Source: Clostridiales bacterium
GTDB taxonomy: Bacteria; Bacillota; Clostridia; Christensenellales; Aristaeellaceae
NCBI GenBank assembly: GCA_015056315.1
Contig: SVGN01000010.1
Location: 1,051-65,050, forward strand
Direction: 5' to 3'
DNA: 64,000 nt
A model generated the notes under the pieces. It worked only from the letters and a program-made list of their open reading frames with translations, did not search any database and had not been told where the DNA came from. Position 1 is the stretch's first letter. Every line of letters begins with the position of its first letter. The position numbers and the translations under genes were made by a program. This document shows positions 57,032 to 64,000 of this stretch, in pieces.

Positions 57032-57363
57032 CTGTTTCTTCCACTCCTTGCACGCGGCACAGGCCGCCGGTAGCGCTTCCCACACAGTATACCAAAGTTT
57101 CCGCAGGGTGGCAACGCACTTGTTGCAGGGAAGGGCTGTATGCAAGGTATTGCATCAGGGGCATATGCAAGGCAGCCGGGGCGCATGCAGCATTTGTACC
57201 GGCAGGGCCTTGCAGCAGGAGCCGCCCCGCCGCGCCGGGCCCCCCCATCCCTTGCTCCTCAAGCGCCAAAACGCTCCCTCCCCGGCCAATCTTTCGTTGC
57301 ATTGTGCGCAAAAAAGGTTTATCATAGGAGCAACAAAAAACGAAACAGGGAGGTTTTCCCGCC

Positions 57364-58272
57364 ATGGCTGAACCCTTGTACAAGCAAAACATCTGGAACC
57401 GTGATGAGGATCAATCCATACTGGAGATCTACAATGTGGAGACCGGCACCCGCACCGTGGTGGCCGAGATCGACGACTGCATCGAAGCCCCCAACTGGAC
57501 GCCCGATGGCAAAGCCCTCATCTACAACAGCAACGGCTGCATGTTCCGCATCGATCTGGAGACCAAAGAGACAAAAAAGATCGATACCGGCTACGCCATC
57601 GATTGCAACAACGACCATGTGCTCTCCTTCGACGGTAAACAGCTGGCCGTGAGCCACGCCACCAAGGAGGATGGCAAGAGCCGCATCTACACCCTGCCGG
57701 TGGAGGGCGGCACCCCCAGGCTCATCACGCCGCTGGCCCCCAGCTACCTGCACGGCTGGAGCCCGGATGGCAAGACCCTGTGCTACTGCGCCGAGCGTGG
57801 CGGCGAGTACGACATCTACACCATCCCCGCCGAGGGCGGCGTGGAGACCCGCCTGACCGATGCCCCCGGCCTGGACGATGGTGCCGAGTACGATTCCCAG
57901 GGCGAATACATCTGGTTCAACTCCGTACGCTCCGGCCTGATGCAGGCATGGCGCATGAAGGCCGACGGCAGCGAGCAGACCCAGATGACCTTCGACGAGA
58001 ACTGGAACACCTGGTTCCCCCACATCTCCCCCGACCGCAAGCTGGTGACCATGGTCTGCTATAAAAAGGGCGATGTGCAGCCCGGCGAGCATGTGCCCCA
58101 CAAGTTTGTGGAGCTGCGCATGATGAACGCCGATGGCAGCAATGTGCAGACGCTGGTCAAGCTGTTCGGCGGCCAGGGCACCATCAATGTAAACAGCTGG
58201 GCCCCGGATAGCAAGAGGTTCGCCTTCGTCACCTACCGTATTCGTGGCTTTGGCGTACCGGAGGAGGAATGA
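57364..58272 (+). CDS. TolB-like beta-propeller (PD40/WD40-like repeat) protein, no signal peptide
   Basis: Repeated W(T/S)PDGK motifs (NWTPDGKALIY, GWSPDGKTLCY, SWAPDSKRFAF). Confidence 0.75.
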   Translation: MAEPLYKQNIWNRDEDQSILEIYNVETGTRTVVAEIDDCIEAPNWTPDGKALIYNSNGCMFRIDLETKETKKIDTGYAIDCNNDHVLSFDGKQLAVSHATKEDGKSRIYTLPVEGGTPRLITPLAPSYLHGWSPDGKTLCYCAERGGEYDIYTIPAEGGVETRLTDAPGLDDGAEYDSQGEYIWFNSVRSGLMQAWRMKADGSEQTQMTFDENWNTWFPHISPDRKLVTMVCYKKGDVQPGEHVPHKFVELRMMNADGSNVQTLVKLFGGQGTINVNSWAPDSKRFAFVTYRIRGFGVPEEE

Positions 58273-58276
58273 GCCG

Positions 58277-58732
58277 ATGGAGCATCCCGTCAATAAGCAG
58301 GGCTTCTGCCAGATCTGCATCGTGGTAAAGGATATCGAGCTGGCTGCAAAGAAATGGGCAGAGCTGCTGGGCACCGAGGTGCCGCAGATCCGCATCAACC
58401 ACCTGGAGGGCAACGAGCATTACACCTACCGGGGCCAGCCGGTCAGCTGCGATCTCAAGGTATGCGACATCCCCATGAACGGGTTCGTCATCGAGCTGCA
58501 CCAGCCCATCGGCGGCCCTTCCTCCTTTCAGGAGTTTATCGAAAAGCACGGCAACGGCGTGCACCACATCGGCTTTGAGGTGGGCGATGCCCGCAATGCC
58601 GTGATCGCCGACCTGGCCGAAGCAGGCTACGATACAGACCGCACCCTGGGTATCTACCCCGGCAGCAGCTGGACCATCGTAGATGCTGAGGATACCCTGG
58701 GCGTAAACCTGAACATCAAACCCGTACGGTAA
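58277..58732 (+). CDS. VOC family protein (glyoxalase/bleomycin-resistance/dioxygenase fold)
   Basis: 151 aa. FCQICIVVKDIELAAKKWAELLG...IELHQP...FIEKHGNGVHHIGFEV. ATG follows GGAGGA. Confidence 0.75.
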   Translation: MEHPVNKQGFCQICIVVKDIELAAKKWAELLGTEVPQIRINHLEGNEHYTYRGQPVSCDLKVCDIPMNGFVIELHQPIGGPSSFQEFIEKHGNGVHHIGFEVGDARNAVIADLAEAGYDTDRTLGIYPGSSWTIVDAEDTLGVNLNIKPVR

Positions 58733-58752
58733 AAACCATAGACCCATCCCGC

Positions 58753-58792
58753 CTCCCGGCACCGCTCTCACGGCTGCCGGGAGCCTTTTTTG
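58753..58792 (+). terminator. Intrinsic terminator
   Basis: ctcccggc...gccgggag followed by CCTTTTTT. Confidence 0.7.
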
Positions 58793-58952
58793 CCCCTCTG
58801 CCGTGCACAACTATATTAATGAAGCAAAACACTTCCATTTTGCCGGAAAAAATGGTATAATAGTATACGTGGAAACATGGCTTAAATACTGATTTTTTCG
58901 TCCTTTTCCGCCATCAAAACCCCGTGCAAAACACGGTGCCAAGGGAGTGTAG

Positions 58953-60965
<2,013 letters not shown>

Positions 60966-61016
60966 CGCTTCTTCACAGCCCTCCCCCATCCCACCTTAAA
61001 GGAGTGAAACGCCACA

Positions 61017-63569
61017 ATGGCTTCCACCATCAACGATAAGCTTATCCCCATCGATCTGGAACACGAGATGAAGACCTCCTTCATCTCCTACGCCATGGCT
61101 GTTATCGTCAGCCGTGCGCTGCCGGATGTGCGAGACGGTCTCAAGCCCGTACACCGCCGCATCCTTTATGCCATGAACGAGCTGGGCATGACCCCCGACA
61201 AGCCCTTCCGTAAGAGCGCCCGTCTGGTGGGCGACGTACTGGGTAAGTACCACCCCCACGGCGACAGCAGCGTTTACGATGCCATGGTCCGTCTGGCGCA
61301 GGATTTCAACATCCGCTACCCGCTGGTAGAGGGCCAGGGCAACTTCGGCTCTGTGGACGGCGACGGCGCAGCCGCCATGCGTTACACCGAAGCCCGTATG
61401 GAAAAGCTGACCCTGCACCTGCTTGGCGAGATCGATAAGGACACCGTAGACTTCTACCCCAACTTCGACGAAACTTTGCTCCAGCCCGTGGTGCTGCCCG
61501 CCCGCTACCCCAACCTGCTGGTAAACGGCTCCAGCGGCATCGCCGTGGGTATGGCCACCAACGTGCCGCCCCACAACCTGCGGGAGGTCATCGACGGCTG
61601 CATCCACATGATCGATCACCCGGATTGCACCGTGGATGATCTGATGCAGTTCATCAAGGCCCCCGACTTCCCCACCGGCGGCATCATCCTCGGCCACAGC
61701 GGCGTGCGCGCTGCCTACCACACCGGCAGAGGCCGCATCGTGGTGCGCGCCCGTACCGAGATCGAAGCCATGGCAAACAACCGTAACCGCATCGTGGTCA
61801 CGGAGATCCCCTACATGGTCAACAAGGCCCGCCTGGTGGAAAAGATCGCCGAGCTGGTACACGAAAAGCGGCTGGAGGGCATCAGCGACATCCGCGACGA
61901 GAGCGACCGCAAGGGTATGCGTATCGTTATCGAGCTCAAGCGCGATGTGCACCCCACCGTGGTGCTCAACTACCTCTACAAGCACACCTCCATGCAGGAG
62001 ACCTTCGGTGCCAACATGCTGGCCCTGGTGGACGGCGTACCCAAGGTGCTCAACCTGCGGGAGATCCTCTACCACTACATCCGCCACCAGAAGGAAGTCG
62101 TTACCCGCCGCACCCAGTACGACCTCAACAAGGCCGAGGCCCGTGCCCACATTTTGGAGGGCCTCATCAAGGCGCTGGACCATATCGACGAGATCGTTCA
62201 GATCATCAAGACCAGCGCAGATACCCCCGCTGCCCGCGAGCGCCTGATGGAGACCTTCGGCTTCAGCGACAAGCAGGCCCAGGCCATTCTGGATATGCGC
62301 CTTGCCCGCCTCACCGGTCTGGAGCGGGACAAGCTGCTGGCAGAATACGACGAGCTGATGAAGACCATCGCCTACCTGCGCAGCCTGCTGGCAGACGAAG
62401 CCCTGCTGATGGGCGTCATCAAGGACGAGATGGCCGCCATCCGCGACAAGTTCAGCGACGACCGCCGCACCGAGCTGACCCACATGGAGGGCGAGATCGA
62501 TATCGAAGACCTGATCCAGGCCGACGATATGGTGGTCACCATGAGCCACATGGGCTATGTAAAGCGCCTGCCCAAGAGCACCTACCGTGCCCAGCACCGC
62601 GGCGGCAAGGGCGTTACCGGCATGGCTACCCGGGATGAAGACTTTGTGGAGCGCATGATCGTGGTCAACACCCACGACGAGATCATGTTCTTCACCAACC
62701 GGGGCCGTGTATACAACCTGAAGTGCTACCAGATCCCCGAGGCAGGGCGCACCGCCCGCGGCATGGCCATCGTCAACCTGCTGCAGGTGGCGGGCGATGA
62801 AAAGATCACCGCCATGATCCCCGTGCCCAAGGGCATGCAGGAGCACTACCTGGTGATGATGACCAAGAACGGCATGATCAAGCGCACCCCCTACAGCGAG
62901 TTTGCCAACCTGCGCAAGACGGGCCTCATCGCCATCACCCTGAAGGAGGATGACGAGCTCTGCGCCGTCAACCTGACCGACGGCAACATGAGCATGATCA
63001 TTGCCAGCCGTCTGGGCCGGGCGCTGCGCTTCCACGAGAGCGCTATCCGCGTCATCGGCCGTACCGGTATGGGCGTACACGCCATGCGCCTGAAGGAAGG
63101 CGACGAGCTGATGGATATGTCCATGCTGCTGGAAGGCCAGAAGGTGCTGGCCATTACCACAAACGGCTACGGCAAGCGCACCGATCCCGACCAGTACCGT
63201 GAGCAGGGCCGTAACGGCATGGGTATCCGCGCCATGAACCTGACCGACAAGACCGGCGAGATCGCCGCCCACCTGGCTGTTAACGATGATGAGGACATCC
63301 TCCTCATTACCGACGACGGTACGGTGATCCGTATGGCGGTGGCCGACATCCGCGAGAGCGGCCGTGCCACTCAGGGCGTGCGCCTGATGCGCATTGCCGA
63401 GGGAGCCAAGATCGTCTCCGTGGCCCGTGCCGAGCAGGAGCCCGAAGAAGAAGAGACCGTGCTGCCCGCAGAGCTGATGGATGGCGAGGAAGCCGCAGGC
63501 GCCAGCCTTGACTACGAGCCCGAGACCGCCGATGCGGATGCACCCATCGAGGATGGCTCCGACATCTGA
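61017..63569 (+). CDS. gyrA: DNA gyrase subunit A
   Basis: [52 protein letters not shown], catalytic [10 protein letters not shown], and an acidic C-terminal tail. Confidence 0.97.
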   Translation: MASTINDKLIPIDLEHEMKTSFISYAMAVIVSRALPDVRDGLKPVHRRILYAMNELGMTPDKPFRKSARLVGDVLGKYHPHGDSSVYDAMVRLAQDFNIRYPLVEGQGNFGSVDGDGAAAMRYTEARMEKLTLHLLGEIDKDTVDFYPNFDETLLQPVVLPARYPNLLVNGSSGIAVGMATNVPPHNLREVIDGCIHMIDHPDCTVDDLMQFIKAPDFPTGGIILGHSGVRAAYHTGRGRIVVRARTEIEAMANNRNRIVVTEIPYMVNKARLVEKIAELVHEKRLEGISDIRDESDRKGMRIVIELKRDVHPTVVLNYLYKHTSMQETFGANMLALVDGVPKVLNLREILYHYIRHQKEVVTRRTQYDLNKAEARAHILEGLIKALDHIDEIVQIIKTSADTPAARERLMETFGFSDKQAQAILDMRLARLTGLERDKLLAEYDELMKTIAYLRSLLADEALLMGVIKDEMAAIRDKFSDDRRTELTHMEGEIDIEDLIQADDMVVTMSHMGYVKRLPKSTYRAQHRGGKGVTGMATRDEDFVERMIVVNTHDEIMFFTNRGRVYNLKCYQIPEAGRTARGMAIVNLLQVAGDEKITAMIPVPKGMQEHYLVMMTKNGMIKRTPYSEFANLRKTGLIAITLKEDDELCAVNLTDGNMSMIIASRLGRALRFHESAIRVIGRTGMGVHAMRLKEGDELMDMSMLLEGQKVLAITTNGYGKRTDPDQYREQGRNGMGIRAMNLTDKTGEIAAHLAVNDDEDILLITDDGTVIRMAVADIRESGRATQGVRLMRIAEGAKIVSVARAEQEPEEEETVLPAELMDGEEAAGASLDYEPETADADAPIEDGSDI

Positions 63570-63621
63570 CAGCACCTGACCCATCCCACGGACGACCCGT
63601 CCTGAGGAACCCATACATACA

Positions 63622-63657
63622 GGCGGGGAGAGTGTCCACCACTCTCCCCGCCTTTTC
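63622..63657 (+). terminator. Intrinsic terminator of gyrA
   Basis: ggcggggagagtg...cactctccccgcc followed by TTTTC. Confidence 0.8.
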
Positions 63658-63692
63658 TACAAACCGGCTCCTTTGCCGGTGTAAGGAGTTCT

Positions 63693-64000
63693 ATGAAAGC
63701 ATTCTTCCGCAAGCATCCCAGTGCTTTGGCAGCGGGATGCCTCCTGGCTTTGTTCCTGCTGGGGCTCTTCTGCGCAGGCGACTACGGCATCTACATCGAT
63801 CAGCAATCGGAGATCGCCATCCTGCGCGAGAACCTGAAGGAGTACGCCGTACACCTTTCGGGCGAGGACAGCGAGGCCGTCCGGTACTACGACCGCATCG
63901 GTCTGCCCCGCATCACCGAGACCGCCGAGATCGACCACGGCATCTCCGCCTTTTACCCGCTGGCTCCCTTCATGACCCGCATGGATACCGCCCCCGCCAG
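63693..64000 (+). CDS. Membrane protein, 5' part only (runs off the window)
   Basis: ATG follows AAGGAG. MKAFFRKHPSALAAGCLLALFLLGLFCAG contains a TM helix. Too short to assign a family. Confidence 0.5.
   Translation, partial: MKAFFRKHPSALAAGCLLALFLLGLFCAGDYGIYIDQQSEIAILRENLKEYAVHLSGEDSEAVRYYDRIGLPRITETAEIDHGISAFYPLAPFMTRMDTAPA

Overview
High-GC (roughly 60%) chromosomal window with Firmicutes-type signals: GGAGG ribosome-binding sites, T-box leaders and TTGACA-17-TATAAT promoters. Gene content and codon usage resemble an Oscillospiraceae/Faecalibacterium-like anaerobe, but that is only a guess. Most of the window is core metabolism and housekeeping: prs (partial), a pgsA/GT-C/GtrA envelope operon, a GH13 alpha-glucosidase-type enzyme, recF, gdhA, T-box-controlled thrS, an SPFH/RHH pair, a CorC/CNNM transporter, a five-gene Opp/Dpp-type peptide ABC operon, a thioredoxin cluster, a T-box-controlled paaK-ACT operon, gyrB and gyrA. 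Three regions look accessory or unusual. (1) 27.6-41.8 kb is a carbohydrate locus where an LplABC-type ABC importer is tightly interleaved with five uncharacterised small polytopic membrane proteins. It also carries two MsmK-like ATPases, an AraC regulator, two intracellular glycoside hydrolases (GH113-like, GH140/DUF4038-like) and an MFS transporter. (2) 53.1-57.1 kb holds a stand-alone SIR2-like protein beside an AT-rich compositional island with 12-bp tandem repeats, a 15-bp perfect palindrome and an orphan low-GC gene. This abuts tRNA-Arg(CCT) and a P-loop-kinase/CYTH fusion gene, and is the best candidate here for an undescribed defence or NAD-linked module. (3) A GC-rich intergenic repeat family occurs at four or more sites, once as an inverted pair and once bracketed by a duplicated terminator hairpin. 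Candidate cis-regulatory RNAs include a probable Phe-specific T-box on paaK, a leader-peptide/terminator attenuator ahead of a SAM methyltransferase, and a terminator-containing leader ahead of the CorC gene. Many long ORFs in the supplied track are antisense shadow ORFs caused by high GC and were not called. No CRISPR array, rRNA, transposase or integrase was seen.
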